From positions 96,001 to 160,000 of the forward strand of contig CBDCYI010000011.1 in NCBI GenBank assembly GCA_965224085.1: a stretch of 64,000 bases of DNA. The letters are read 5' to 3'. Origin of the DNA: Candidatus Marinacidobacterales bacterium. Lineage in GTDB: Bacteria > Acidobacteriota > Vicinamibacteria > Marinacidobacterales > SMYC01. The notes under the pieces are model-generated. The model made no database searches. It was not told where the DNA came from and was given only the letters and a program-made list of their open reading frames with translations. The translations under genes were made by a program, and so were the position numbers. Below, one piece after another: positions 9,468 through 20,575 of the stretch. How positions within the stretch are numbered: position 1 is the stretch's first letter; each line of letters begins with the position of its first letter.

Positions 9468-10187
9468 ATGCTGACGAGTCTTTTGCTTCTGGTGGTGTTG
9501 CCCGTCTATACGTTTCTCGCTGGGCTCGTCGGCATCCCGTACACGTTGCTCACCCGCGACTCCCGTCCACTCTACTGGCTCGGGCGGTTTGGCGTACGCA
9601 TCGGGTTCCTCCTCGCGCGCATCCGCATCGTGGTGCATGGCCGCGAGCGGCTAGGAGATGCACCGCACTTCATCTACATGATGAACCACAATTCCAATCT
9701 CGATGCGCCGGCTGTATGGCTGTGCCTGCCGGGGGAAGTACGGGCTCTCGGGAAGATGGAGTTGTTCAAGCTCCCTGTGCTCGCGGCGGCGATGCGTCTC
9801 GGAGGCTTCGTGCCGGTGGACCGCACCAATCGAGAGCGCGCCATCGCGAGCGTGCGCCATGCAGGTCGTCTCGCGGCCGAAGGCGCTTCGTTTCTCATCG
9901 CGCCTGAGGGGACGCGCAGCCGCACTGGGAAGCTTCTACCCTTCAAGAAGGGAGGCTTCCATATGGCGACGGAGTCAGGCGTGTCGATACTCCCGATTAC
10001 CGTGGTGGGCGCTTTCGAGCTCATGCCTCCGGGAAGCAGCCGGATCCGGTCCGGAACGATAGAGATCTTTTTCCAGGAGCCGATCGAGACCGACGGGCTC
10101 GGCGCGAGCGATCGCGCGCGTTTGATGAAGCGCGTTCGCGCGTCCATGGAAGAGCGGCTCGCGCTCGAAGCTCCGGAGCTACCCTAG
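9468..10187 (+). CDS. plsC: 1-acyl-sn-glycerol-3-phosphate acyltransferase (PlsC family)
   Basis: NHxSxLD, PEGTRS and FKKGGF motifs. Confidence 0.88.
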   Translation: MLTSLLLLVVLPVYTFLAGLVGIPYTLLTRDSRPLYWLGRFGVRIGFLLARIRIVVHGRERLGDAPHFIYMMNHNSNLDAPAVWLCLPGEVRALGKMELFKLPVLAAAMRLGGFVPVDRTNRERAIASVRHAGRLAAEGASFLIAPEGTRSRTGKLLPFKKGGFHMATESGVSILPITVVGAFELMPPGSSRIRSGTIEIFFQEPIETDGLGASDRARLMKRVRASMEERLALEAPELP

Positions 10188-10369
10188 CTTTCCCGCGAAC
10201 CAAGTGGCTACCGGCTTGAAGCTACCCGCGTCCCTATGCCTCTGCTGCAGCTTCCGTGAAGTTGACGGATTAGAGGCTAAGCCGTTTTGTGTCAACGTCA
10301 TAGCCCCGGTGCCCGTTGACAGGCTACACTTGGAGTTGCTAGCATGGATCGACGTATATCTGTCGCCAA

Positions 10370-11065
10370 AACACGAAGAGTTCGCATCGATCTTGAAAGA
10401 AACACAGCTTCGAAGCGCTTTGTCGCGGGCCGGCCGATACAGAGTTTCGCAGCCCGCTAGCTCTTTTCGATGTTGCCCGAAAGGCTGACCTTCTTTTCGA
10501 ACTCGATCATCTGTGCCGCCGCAAGGCCCTCGAGGGCGCGGGCGGAAGGGCGCAGCTCTCGCGCGACTACAAGCTGTTCATCAACACGCTGCCTTTTTCG
10601 ATCCGAGACCCGCGCTTCCAGGGAAAGGACCTCATCGATCTCTTCGACGGGATCAATCTCGCGCCCGAACAAATCGTGCTCGAGGTCACCGAGTCCGACG
10701 CCATCGACAATTTCCCGCTCTTCGTGAACGCGATGAAAGACTTCATGGATCTCCGATGTCTCGTCGCTATCGACGATATGGGAGCAGGCTATTCGGGGCT
10801 CGATAAGATCGTCCATTTACGGCCCAACTACGTGAAGCTCGATATGGGCCTCGTGCGCGACATCCACACGAGCTTCGTGAAACAGTAGCTCGTGCAGACG
10901 TTCAAAACACTCGCGGACAAAATCGACGCCAAGCTTGTCGCTGAGGGTATCGAGCAACCCCGAGAGCTCGAAGTCGTCCGCCAACTGGGTGTGAACTTCA
11001 TCCAAGGCAACTTGCTCGCCAAGCCGTCCCAGGCTTTCCAGACCACCCCCAATTTCAAGCTGTGA
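10370..11065 (+). pseudogene. EAL-domain c-di-GMP phosphodiesterase pseudogene
   Basis: EALSR, LEVTE, IDDMGAGYSGL, VKLD, AEGIE and IQG motifs across frameshifts; premature TAG at 10886-10888; N-terminus missing. Confidence 0.8.
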
Positions 11066-11281
11066 AAGGCGTTCCGCGCCGCTAAGGTTCCGAGATCTAG
11101 TATATTCGTGTTTTATTCGTCTGACATGGCTGTTAGCTATAGTCGCTAAAATTGGACCATAGATTGCCGATGTACACGTCTGTTTCGACTAACTGTAAGT
11201 CGAGATTAACCGATCTGGCGCGATTGTCTTGACACTACGGCGTTTCTTCTTTATCCTTGATCGTATTGGAAAGGAGAACAC

Positions 11282-12670
11282 ATGGCGACGACCCTTGATG
11301 CAAGACTTGGCTATGAACCGAAAAGGACGTGGACACAATCCGAGATCCTGAGCGCCACGAAGGAACAGGACATCCGATTCCTTCGACTCCAGTTCACGGA
11401 CATCGTGGGCGTGAACAAAAACGTCGAGGTCCCCGCGCACCAGTTCGAAAAGGCGCTGGACGGGCAAATTATGTTCGACGGATCGTCCATCGACGGATTC
11501 GTCCGCATCGAGGAATCCGACATGGTCCTCGTGCCCGATTTGAACACGTTCCGCGTGATGCCGTTCACGCAGTCCAATGGACACGGCAGCGAGCCCGACA
11601 AGGTCGCTCGGATCATCTGCGACATCTATCATCCTGACGGAAGAGCGTTCGAGGGATGCCCGCGCCTCGCGCTCAAACGTGTAACAGCCGAGGCCAATGA
11701 GCTCGGTTACACCTTGATGGCCGGCCCCGAAGCCGAGTTCTTCCTGTTTCAACAAGGTCCCGATGGCCGCCCATCGACGGGCTCAGCGGACCGAGGCGGC
11801 TATTTCGACCTCACGCCGGTGGATCACGGCGAGGTGGCGCGGCGCGACATCGTGAACGCGCTCGAAGCAATGGGATTCGAGGTCGAAGCGGCGCATCACG
11901 AAGTCGCGCCGGCGCAGCACGAGATCGACTTCCGCTACGAGGATGCGGTCACGACGGCGGACAACGTCGCGACGTTCCGCTTCATCGTGCGCCACGTGGC
12001 GATGCAGCACGGACTCCACGCGACCTTCATGCCAAAGCCTGTTTTCGGTATCAACGGCTCGGGGATGCACACGCATCAGTCGCTGTTCGAGGGCGACGAG
12101 AACGCGTTCTTCGATCCGGATGCCGAATATCAGCTTTCAGAGGTGGCGCTTCACTATATCGGTGGCATCCTGCGTCACGCGCGGGGCTTTTGCGCCATCA
12201 CGAACCCGCTCGTCAACTCCTACAAGCGGCTCGTTCCCGGCTATGAAGCGCCGACCAACGTCGCCTGGTCGATGAAGAACCGGAGCCCGCTCGTACGTGT
12301 CCCCGATAGACGCGGCAAGGGCACGCGATGCGAAGTTCGGATGCCGGATCCGTCGGCTAACGCTTACCTCGCGCTCGCGGTGATGTTGAAGGCAGGTCTC
12401 GCTGGGATCAAAGAACGCATCGACCCGGGCCCTCCCGTCAACAAGAACATCTACTCGATGAGCCAACGCGAGAAGAGTCGTCTCAAAATCGCCGAGCTCC
12501 CTGGCGACCTCCGTGAAGCCGTCGACGCTCTTCAGAAGGACAAGGTGGTGCAATCCGCGCTCACGCCGCACATCCTGTCCCACTTCATCGAAGCGAAACG
12601 CGCCGAATGGCACGACTACATCGCCCAAGTTCACCAGTGGGAAGTGGATAGATATCTTTCCGTCTATTGA
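11282..12670 (+). CDS. glnA: Type I glutamine synthetase
   Basis: FDGSSI, GPEAEFF, HHEVAPAQHEIDF, FMPKP..GINGSGMH, SYKRLVPGYEAP. Confidence 0.97.
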   Translation: MATTLDARLGYEPKRTWTQSEILSATKEQDIRFLRLQFTDIVGVNKNVEVPAHQFEKALDGQIMFDGSSIDGFVRIEESDMVLVPDLNTFRVMPFTQSNGHGSEPDKVARIICDIYHPDGRAFEGCPRLALKRVTAEANELGYTLMAGPEAEFFLFQQGPDGRPSTGSADRGGYFDLTPVDHGEVARRDIVNALEAMGFEVEAAHHEVAPAQHEIDFRYEDAVTTADNVATFRFIVRHVAMQHGLHATFMPKPVFGINGSGMHTHQSLFEGDENAFFDPDAEYQLSEVALHYIGGILRHARGFCAITNPLVNSYKRLVPGYEAPTNVAWSMKNRSPLVRVPDRRGKGTRCEVRMPDPSANAYLALAVMLKAGLAGIKERIDPGPPVNKNIYSMSQREKSRLKIAELPGDLREAVDALQKDKVVQSALTPHILSHFIEAKRAEWHDYIAQVHQWEVDRYLSVY

Positions 12671-12779
12671 CGGTTCCGGCATTCAGGCTCGGGTGCCACA
12701 TCCTGAATCGAGAAATCAATCCATTTCCGCCGTTACAAATCGCAGCTCGCCGTTGCGCTCGACCAGGAGCACCAGTGGG

Positions 12780-13868
12780 TTGCCTTGGTGCACAACTCCG
12801 ATAGAGGCCGAGAGCTCGCTTGGCCCCGACTCCCATCATCCGATCATCTCGCTATCAGGCATCCCGAGCGCCGTCATGGTGTTGAGAATCTTGCACCCGA
12901 TCCTTGCCTCGACTCTCTGTGCCGCCAACCCTCTCGCTCGCATCGCTGAGCCCACGATAGCCTTGTAGCGATGGAACGTTGTCTCGACTTTGCTCCGTTT
13001 GCTGTAGCCCGATTCTGTGTGCCACTTTCGTTTGCCGAGCCGAGCTTGTGCTGCAATGTTGCGATTGCGCTGTCGGCTGCTCGCCGGCCCCGATGCGAGC
13101 AGGGCGCCCTTGCGCGGCGGTATCAGCACCCTCGGCGAGCGATGAGCGCTGTGATTCTCGATTGCCTCATAGACGCCGCTGGCGTCGTATGCGGTGTCAG
13201 CTCTGGCCGATGAGATGGGACTGTCGCTCTGTCTGACAAGCGATGCAACCCGCGATGAATCGCGGGCTCTTTTGCTCGTCAGCTCGCAGGCGACGACTTC
13301 GCCAGTCTGCTCGTCGACACACAGATGGAGCTTGCGATAGTCCCTGCTATTTGGTGCTCTGCGCAGCTGGCCGGCGTGGACAGCGAGACCGCTGCTGTCG
13401 ATCAAGATGTGCAACGGCGTCTTCTGCTTGTCTTGGTAGAAGGGGACCTTACCCAGCTTCGCCTTGCGCCTCGAGATCGTGGTGTGATCGGGCACATCAT
13501 TGTCTAGCTTCATCAGAGCGAACAACGATCGCAGCAATCCCTCGCTCTGTCTAGATGACAGATGAAACACCATGCCCAGGGTGACAGCCGTCTCGATGGC
13601 GTGGTTCGAGTACTTGCGTTGACGGCCCGGTTTCCTCCTCCTTGGCCGGGGCGCGTCCCAGTTCACAAGCTTGCCGGCGGTGAGCGAGATCCAGACGGTC
13701 AGGCTCCCGCGGTTGCGTAGACCCGCCTCATATTCACGCCAATTCCTCACGCGATAGGCCTTCTTCACATACTTCCGCTGAGTGCGTTTGAAAATGCTCA
13801 TGGGGAACCTCGAATCCGTGAGTAAAGGACAATTGTGGACCGAGATCGCGAGTTGTGCACCAAGGCAA
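12780..13868 (-). mobile_element. IS5 family insertion sequence (IS903-like)
   Basis: Perfect 19-bp inverted repeats TTGCCTTGGTGCACAACTC (12780-12798) and GAGTTGTGCACCAAGGCAA (13850-13868); no target duplication seen. Confidence 0.88.
12836..13801 (-). CDS. IS5 family DDE transposase
   Basis: YRVRNWREYEAGLRNRGSLTVW, PDHTTISRR, IDSSG, YRKLHL, ADTAYD and RSKVETTFHRYK motifs. Confidence 0.93.
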   Translation of the reverse strand: MSIFKRTQRKYVKKAYRVRNWREYEAGLRNRGSLTVWISLTAGKLVNWDAPRPRRRKPGRQRKYSNHAIETAVTLGMVFHLSSRQSEGLLRSLFALMKLDNDVPDHTTISRRKAKLGKVPFYQDKQKTPLHILIDSSGLAVHAGQLRRAPNSRDYRKLHLCVDEQTGEVVACELTSKRARDSSRVASLVRQSDSPISSARADTAYDASGVYEAIENHSAHRSPRVLIPPRKGALLASGPASSRQRNRNIAAQARLGKRKWHTESGYSKRSKVETTFHRYKAIVGSAMRARGLAAQRVEARIGCKILNTMTALGMPDSEMIG

Positions 13869-14170
13869 ATAAACGTCACCGTGTCTGAGGTCTTTGGCCC
13901 CGTGAATAGCACCTTTTCCAGGTTCTGCATACACCGTGCAGAATCACCTATGTGGCGGCGAGCGGGTGCCCCAGCACGAGCTTCTCGCCTGCGCCCAGTG
14001 CGGCTGTTTCGCGTTTTCGTGCTTCGAAGATTTTGCGATTAGGGTTAACTTAATCGATATAAGCAACAGCTATGCCAGTGGTCAATGCGAAAAAATTATC
14101 GGGCAAGCGCTTGCCCAAAACGGTCGTCGGAATGAGGTAATAATTTCCACCAAAGTCCATTATCCTACTA
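13868..14170 (+). pseudogene. Aldo/keto reductase remnant
   Basis: VNLIDISNSYASGQCEKIIGQALAQNGRRNEVIISTKV matches the AKR N-terminal motif. Confidence 0.55.
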
Positions 14171-14194
14171 AGATCGTACGCTTAAGGGATAGAT

Positions 14195-16378
14195 ATGCAG
14201 AAACTCAGGAGTTGGTCTAGTGAATATTCACATATATTGCTGATCAGCATTTTTATTCTTTTTACTGAACTGTTTCTGATCCGCTGGATCTCAACTGAAA
14301 TAAGAATTTTTGCCTACGTTAACAATCTCGTACTATTGGCCTGTTTTGTGGGACTGGGATTGGGTTCCTTGTTGGACAAAAGGTTTGGAAACCTGCTTTG
14401 TTCGGTTATCTCCATTTTTCTGCTGGCTCTGGCAAGCACGTCAAACCACTTTCTCAACATAACAGAACAGATCGGTAGCTTTTCGGATCAGCTGATTTGG
14501 TACCTGGACGATCAACCCATCAATTGGATCCAGCCTGTGCGTGGAATACTTTCAACATTGCTGCTTTTTGCATTTATCGTTGCTGTGTTCATACCTCCGG
14601 GGCAGATTCTGGCCCGACTCCTTTCAAGTGCAAAAAATATTACACTCGGATATTCAGTCAATATCTTTGGAAGTATTGTGGGTATCTGGCTGTTTTCAAC
14701 GATTTCCTTTTTGTTCCTGCCACCGGCAGTCTGGCTGGCACTTTCCCTGATATTGTCCTGGAAGTTTATCCAACCCATCAAGTGGGAACGGACTGTGTTT
14801 TTCTGCTCCTCTTTGATTACTGTTTTTTTATTGCTGCCCCATACTTCTTCACTTCAGATCTGGTCTCCTTATCAAAAGCTGGATATGCAGCCCGCACAGA
14901 TCAGAAATACAAATATTACTAACGGATATATTATTAATGTTAACAATGTCGGATACCAGAAACTGATTGATTTATCGGATCGATTTTTTGAAAAGTATGC
15001 AACTCCAGAAATCAATTCTGTAAAACATCTTAACCAGTATGAGCTTCCTTATCTGATCAAAGGGGACGTAAAAGATGCCTTGATTGTGGGAGCAGGTGCC
15101 GGCAATGGTCCTGCAGGTGCCATTCGTCAGGGAGTGGAAAGAATTGACGCAGTGGAGATTGACCCCGGCATATACGAACTGGGAACCCGCTATCACCCGG
15201 AAAGTCCCTACGATAGTGAACGAGTTAGAGTTCACATCGACGATGCAAGATCCTTTTTCAAGAAAAGCAGGCAAAAGTATGACGTGGTAAGTTTTGGACT
15301 TCTCGATGCACATTCCACCGCTTCCAGTTTTAACAACATCCGACTTGATCATTATGTCTACACGGAGGAAAGCATTCAGGATGCAAGAAAACTGCTGAAA
15401 CCCGACGGGATCTTAACCTTGATTTTTGCCCCTCATGGGAGGGGGTGGCTGATCGGCCGGCTTCATAACATCATCGAGAAGGTTTTTGGGCACTCTCCCC
15501 TGGTGTTTGAGGTCCCAACGGTTCCCTATTCGGGTTGGGGCGGGAGCATGTTTGTTGTAAGCAATGATGGCACAGACCCCAGGCTCCTGATTGAAAAAAG
15601 GCCTGACGTTAAGAGTTACATCTCACCTAAAATCTTCTCTGCTAAGCAAGAAAGTGACATAAGAAACGCTACTGATGACTGGCCTTATTTGTATCTGGTG
15701 AAAAACAGAATTCCTAAAATGCACCTATTGATCACTTTTTGCCTTCTGATCTTACTGGTGCCAACCAGGAAAATTCTCACAATCACCAAAAAATCCTTTG
15801 ATTTTCATTTTTTCTTTTTGGGAGCAGGGTTCTTGCTTTTGGAGTTCCAGAACATAAGCAAAGCCTCATTGTTTTTTGGTTCCACTTGGCTGGTGAATGC
15901 CTATATGTTTAGTGCCATCTTAGGTTTAATTTTGCTTGCCAATTGGGCCAGTTATTTGGGATTGAGCAAACATATTGGAATAGTTTACTGCCTTCAGTGG
16001 ATTTGTATACTCGCGCTCTTTCTGCTTCCTCTCGATACTTTTAGAGGTATGGGGCACCTTTTTAATGCGACCGTGCTTTCAACCCTGTTAAATATACCCG
16101 TTTTTTTTGCGGGGCTTATATTTATGCACTCTTTTGTCAGAGTGAAGGATAAGCCGCTCGCGCTAGGTTCCAATCTTCTGGGAGCTTGTGTTGGTGGATT
16201 GCTTGAATCGGCTTCTTTTGTGGTGGGAATCAAGGCTCTGTTGCTATTTGTACTGGCCTTTTATGTTCTCGCTTATTTCAGTTTTAATAGATCAGGACTT
16301 GCCCGGGCCCCGGTGCGTCAAGCCTCAATTTTCCTGTCAAATCTCTGCATGGTTCCCCGAACTCGGTTAGGCTGCTGA
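14195..16378 (+). CDS. Multi-TM membrane protein with spermidine-synthase-like SAM methyltransferase domain
   Basis: WSPYQK, LIVGAGAGN, AVEIDP, DDARSF and ATDDWPYLY motifs flanked by many TM helices; visibly AT-rich. Confidence 0.85.
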   Translation: MQKLRSWSSEYSHILLISIFILFTELFLIRWISTEIRIFAYVNNLVLLACFVGLGLGSLLDKRFGNLLCSVISIFLLALASTSNHFLNITEQIGSFSDQLIWYLDDQPINWIQPVRGILSTLLLFAFIVAVFIPPGQILARLLSSAKNITLGYSVNIFGSIVGIWLFSTISFLFLPPAVWLALSLILSWKFIQPIKWERTVFFCSSLITVFLLLPHTSSLQIWSPYQKLDMQPAQIRNTNITNGYIINVNNVGYQKLIDLSDRFFEKYATPEINSVKHLNQYELPYLIKGDVKDALIVGAGAGNGPAGAIRQGVERIDAVEIDPGIYELGTRYHPESPYDSERVRVHIDDARSFFKKSRQKYDVVSFGLLDAHSTASSFNNIRLDHYVYTEESIQDARKLLKPDGILTLIFAPHGRGWLIGRLHNIIEKVFGHSPLVFEVPTVPYSGWGGSMFVVSNDGTDPRLLIEKRPDVKSYISPKIFSAKQESDIRNATDDWPYLYLVKNRIPKMHLLITFCLLILLVPTRKILTITKKSFDFHFFFLGAGFLLLEFQNISKASLFFGSTWLVNAYMFSAILGLILLANWASYLGLSKHIGIVYCLQWICILALFLLPLDTFRGMGHLFNATVLSTLLNIPVFFAGLIFMHSFVRVKDKPLALGSNLLGACVGGLLESASFVVGIKALLLFVLAFYVLAYFSFNRSGLARAPVRQASIFLSNLCMVPRTRLGC

Positions 16379-16500
16379 CTCCGAGGGCCACCATCTACTA
16401 CTACCTGGGGACGCAGTAACCGTCCCGGCGCGCCACTTGTATCCACGGGCCTATCCGCGCCCTCGCGACGAACCGTGGTAAGAAATGCGGGCTAACGGCC

Positions 16501-18501
16501 CTAGGGCTTCAGGTGTCGGTTCAAGAAGGAGAGGATGCGCCGGTAGGAATCGAGCTGGTGGGCCGGGTCAGCCAGACCGTGCCCCTCGCCGGGATAGATC
16601 ACCACCTCGTGGGCCTTGTGCTGGCGCTCGAGCTCGTCGACCAGGTTGTAGGTCATCCCCGGGGCCACATCGAGGTCCCGATCGCTGTGGATGATGAGCA
16701 GCGGCGCCCGCAGATGCTCCACCCAGGCAACCGGCGAAACCCTTCTGTACAGCTCCGGATCCTCCTGCTCGGTGACCCCCGCCCCTATGTGGAATTCCAT
16801 CCACCCCCGGGGAAGAAGCTTGTGGTTGATGAAGGGGCTGCGGCGATCGGCAGGGCCCATCAGGTCTATGCCGGCGCGAAACAGGTCCGGCTCCTTGGTC
16901 AGCGCCAGCAGGCTGAGCCAGCCGCCTTGGCTCAGCCCCATGACGCCGACCCTCTCGGGATCGACGAAGGGCTGTGACTTGAGGAATGCCGCCATGGCCT
17001 TCACGTCCTGAAGCGTTTTCGTGCCCCACGCCCCGATGGACGTTTCCCGAAAGGCCCGCCCGTAGCCAGCGCTGCCCCGCTGGTCGCCCATCAATATCAC
17101 GTACCCGGACTGCACCAGGTAGTGAGCGAAGGGGTTCCAGTGGTCGTAAAACTGCCCGTAGCTGTTGGGGTGCAAGTTCAGGATCGCCGGCAAACGCTGG
17201 CCAGGCCGAAATCCCCCCGGCGTGAGCAGGAACCCCCCGAGCTCCATCCCATCGAAGGACCGTACGGACACCCGCCGCACCTCCGCGAAGTGCTCCTTCC
17301 GGAAGGCAGCGTTGGAGGAAAAGGTGAGCTGACGAGCCTGGGCCGCACCGGCTGCCTTCACGAAGAGATCCGGCGGTGACCAGGCGTTCTCGTAGGCGTA
17401 GACCACCGATCCATCCTTCTTCCACCCCACCTCGCGATACTGCCCACCCCCGGTGCCCACCGTCCAGACCTGACCGGTGGCCACGTCGATGACCACCAGG
17501 TCGAAGCTCCCGTGGCGGTTCACGGACAGGAGAATGCGCCGACCGTCGTGGTCCCACACGGGCTGGACCACAAAGTGGGGCGAGAACGAATCGTAGGGAC
17601 CGGTGTCGAATTCCCGCATTTCCTTTCCTTCGAGCGTCATGGTCCATACGTGAACGTAGCCGGAGCGATCCGAGAGGAAGGCCAGGCGCCGGCCGGCCGG
17701 CGACCAGCGGGGGCTGAGGTTGGTGGCCGCATCGACAGGGGTCAGGCGGGTCACCGGGCCGCCGGCCGAAGGAACGCTGAAGATGGCCGACGCATAGAGG
17801 TGGTCGTCCGGGTGGCGGCCGGAGAAGACGATGGTGCGGCCATCCGGAGACCACTGCGGGTCCTTCTTGTTAACGGCATCGTCGGTCAGTCGCACCAGGC
17901 CGTGGCGCTCACCAGCCGCTGAAACGACCCACAGGTCCGTCTTCCCGCCTCGGATCGAGACAAAGGCCAGCTTTTTTCCATCGGGAGACCACGCCGCGTC
18001 CCGGTCGTCCTCCAGATGCACGGTCACTCGCCTCGCCGCGCCCGTGGCCACCTCCACCACCCAGATGTCGCCGTCCCGCTCGAAGGCGATCCGGTCGCCG
18101 GACGGCGAGAAGCGGGGCTTGGTCTTGGCCACGCCGCCGGACGTCATCCGTCGGATCTCCCCTGTCTCCAGCCACACCACCCGAACGTTGTCGTCCTCGC
18201 CAAAGCGCGGGATCACCGGCCAGCCGAAGTAGTAGCCCACCAGCGTGTAGGCCACCTTCGTTCCGTCCGGGGAGATGGAGAACTGTCCCAGCGTCCGGAG
18301 TTGGGTGATCTGCTCCAAGGTGAACTTCGGAACATAGCGGTTGTGCTGTAGCTTCAGCCCACTCGCGGCGACGAACGCTGGGTCTGCGGGGTCAGGAGCG
18401 TAGAACAGAGCCTCCTGGTCCGGCAACGGCTTGGCCTGGTGGTTGCCGACGAACAGAAACGCAAGGGCGATGACGACGGTCGATACCCGTGGATATCGCA
18501 T
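16501..18501 (-). CDS. Secreted S9 family peptidase with PD40/TolB-like propeller
   Basis: Signal peptide, WSPDG repeats, GLSQGG nucleophile elbow, DxDV and EGHG triad residues. Confidence 0.9.
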   Translation of the reverse strand: MRYPRVSTVVIALAFLFVGNHQAKPLPDQEALFYAPDPADPAFVAASGLKLQHNRYVPKFTLEQITQLRTLGQFSISPDGTKVAYTLVGYYFGWPVIPRFGEDDNVRVVWLETGEIRRMTSGGVAKTKPRFSPSGDRIAFERDGDIWVVEVATGAARRVTVHLEDDRDAAWSPDGKKLAFVSIRGGKTDLWVVSAAGERHGLVRLTDDAVNKKDPQWSPDGRTIVFSGRHPDDHLYASAIFSVPSAGGPVTRLTPVDAATNLSPRWSPAGRRLAFLSDRSGYVHVWTMTLEGKEMREFDTGPYDSFSPHFVVQPVWDHDGRRILLSVNRHGSFDLVVIDVATGQVWTVGTGGGQYREVGWKKDGSVVYAYENAWSPPDLFVKAAGAAQARQLTFSSNAAFRKEHFAEVRRVSVRSFDGMELGGFLLTPGGFRPGQRLPAILNLHPNSYGQFYDHWNPFAHYLVQSGYVILMGDQRGSAGYGRAFRETSIGAWGTKTLQDVKAMAAFLKSQPFVDPERVGVMGLSQGGWLSLLALTKEPDLFRAGIDLMGPADRRSPFINHKLLPRGWMEFHIGAGVTEQEDPELYRRVSPVAWVEHLRAPLLIIHSDRDLDVAPGMTYNLVDELERQHKAHEVVIYPGEGHGLADPAHQLDSYRRILSFLNRHLKP

Positions 18502-18597
18502 CGGACCTCCAATCCTTGTAGCTCTTCCTCGAACGGATCTGCCTGCCACTCAGATCTTCCACACGGGCTGGCGGCGACGCACCATCGGATCCAGCAC

Positions 18598-20289
18598 TTA
18601 CGGAAACGGAAGCGTCAGCATGAGGGCGTAGAGCTCGATGCCTTCCCATACGTTCCCGATGCGCACGTTTTCATTTGGCGAGTGCTGGTTGTTGTCGTGG
18701 TTGACGGTGGGCATGACGATGATCGGCACCCCCACGACGTCGGGGAAAACGTACAGGGAGTTACTGCCGCCCTCCGTGGGGAAGGCCACCGGCTCCAGAC
18801 CGAAGGCGGCCCGCAGCCGATGGCGCACGGCTTGACCGATGGGCAAGTCCATGGGGGTGCGGACTCCGGGGTATCCCTCCTCCTTCGAGGTCACCCTGGC
18901 GATACGCGGGTAGCGGGCCCGCACCTCGGCGTCGGGCTCTTCGCTGACCACGTGGTAGCCCTGGCGCCGGATGTGCTCGATCAGCCGCTGGAACTGAGGC
19001 TGAGCTTGGATGTTCGGCACAAGCCGCAAGTCGAGCTCGGCAATGGCCCGGTCCGGAATCACGCTGCGGGCCTGCTCGTTCACCCAGGCGCTAGCCAGTC
19101 CCGTGACGTTCAGGCCCGGGTAGGTAACGGCCTCGAGGCGGCGCTCCCAGGGCCCCTCCGGGGCGGCGAAACCCAGCCCCGCCGGCGAGTCGGCCGCGTC
19201 ATCGGGGATGGTGTCCAAGGCGGCCAGCTCGGTCTCCGAAAGTGGTACGTGGTCTTCGGACCAGCCTTCGATCAGCACTTTGCCGGTCTCGGGATCCTTC
19301 ATGCTGGCTAACAAGTGAGCCAGACGCATGGCCGGGTTCGGGGCCCAGCCGCCGTAGTGGCCGCTGTGCAGAGGTCGCTTCGGGCCGTACACCGTGATTT
19401 GGACCTTCCTGATCCCCCGCATCCCGAAGCTGAGGGTGGGTCGCCCCGAGGGATGCTTGGGGCCGTCGCCGATGACGGCCAGGTCGGCGGCCCAGCGCTG
19501 GCGGTACTGGTACGCCGCAACCTCCATGTAAGGCGAGCCGATTTCCTCGTCGCCCTGAAAGAGGAACTTGAGGTTGGCCTGGGACTCCAAGCCGGCAGCC
19601 TCAAGGGCGTCGAGGGCGGCCAGGATCATGATGATCGGCGAACGATCGTCGGCAGCCGCACGGGCGTAGACCCGCCAGTCCGGATCAACGCCGCTTTCCG
19701 GCAGGGACACGATCGCCGCACCGTCCGCCAACCTACCGTTCCGTACCACCGGGTCCCAGGGGTCGTGGCCCACCCACAGGGAGACGTCCACCGGCTGGCC
19801 GTCGTAGTGGCAGTAGAAGAGCAGGGTGCGACGGGCCCCGGCGACGCGACGCCGGCCGAAGACGTAGGGGGCGCCGCCGGTCTCCAGTAACTCGGCCTCG
19901 ATGCCCCGCCTCTCCAGGGCGGCGACAAGCCACTCGGCATTGCGCCGAATACCCTCGGGGTCGGAGAAAACGTTGGGGATGGCAAGAAACTCCATCAGCT
20001 CCCCGAGGATCCTGACTTCGCTGGCCTGCCAATACCTGCGAGCCGCGGCCACCACGGCGGCGGCGGGGCTTGAATCCTGGACCGCGGGCCCTTCCGCCTC
20101 CACCAACCGGACCACCGGACCGGCTCCCAGGAACCGAACCGGCCCGGCGGTGGTGTAGGAGGCAAGAGAAGAAGAAGCGAAGGCGGTCAGGACGGAGCTT
20201 GCAGCAGCTCCACCGACCACCATCAGCCCGGCCAGAGCAATCACGAATGGCGCTAGGCCCCCTCGGCGAAAACAAGCTCTGACGTTCAT
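18598..20289 (-). CDS. M20/M25/M40 family metallo-hydrolase (secreted dipeptidase-like)
   Basis: HYDGQP, AADDR, DEEIGS, LHSGHYG and NQHSPNEN motifs. Confidence 0.9.
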   Translation of the reverse strand: MNVRACFRRGGLAPFVIALAGLMVVGGAAASSVLTAFASSSLASYTTAGPVRFLGAGPVVRLVEAEGPAVQDSSPAAAVVAAARRYWQASEVRILGELMEFLAIPNVFSDPEGIRRNAEWLVAALERRGIEAELLETGGAPYVFGRRRVAGARRTLLFYCHYDGQPVDVSLWVGHDPWDPVVRNGRLADGAAIVSLPESGVDPDWRVYARAAADDRSPIIMILAALDALEAAGLESQANLKFLFQGDEEIGSPYMEVAAYQYRQRWAADLAVIGDGPKHPSGRPTLSFGMRGIRKVQITVYGPKRPLHSGHYGGWAPNPAMRLAHLLASMKDPETGKVLIEGWSEDHVPLSETELAALDTIPDDAADSPAGLGFAAPEGPWERRLEAVTYPGLNVTGLASAWVNEQARSVIPDRAIAELDLRLVPNIQAQPQFQRLIEHIRRQGYHVVSEEPDAEVRARYPRIARVTSKEEGYPGVRTPMDLPIGQAVRHRLRAAFGLEPVAFPTEGGSNSLYVFPDVVGVPIIVMPTVNHDNNQHSPNENVRIGNVWEGIELYALMLTLPFP

Positions 20290-20575
20290 CGTGACCTTCC
20301 CCACTGAAGGGCAATCGACTCGCGGGCAGCCCGACAGGAGAGACTCAACGGTAGAGTCGCAGCGACGCAAGGTCGCAAGTCAGTGCTCCAGTGCTTCATA
20401 AACACTCTCGATCAAGCCGAGCCCCACGAGGGTGGGGTGTACCTTCGTCGCGCCATCCACAACCATGCTGCTTATTTCGTTCTGGGTCACGACCCATCTC
20501 TCTGCGCCTTTGCGTTGGTTCCACGGACCTTTCTGCGCTGTTCTTGAATGCATCACCGCAATTTACGGCTCGGAG

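Noticed and set aside
10886-10888. In-frame TAG here and at 49066 as possible recoding (pyrrolysine or readthrough)
   Set aside because: Both genes also show truncation or frameshifts, and intact genes in the window use TAG as a normal stop
12716-12779. PLVLLVERNGELRFV* on the minus strand, possible PDZ protease tail cut by IS5
   Set aside because: Too short to call with confidence
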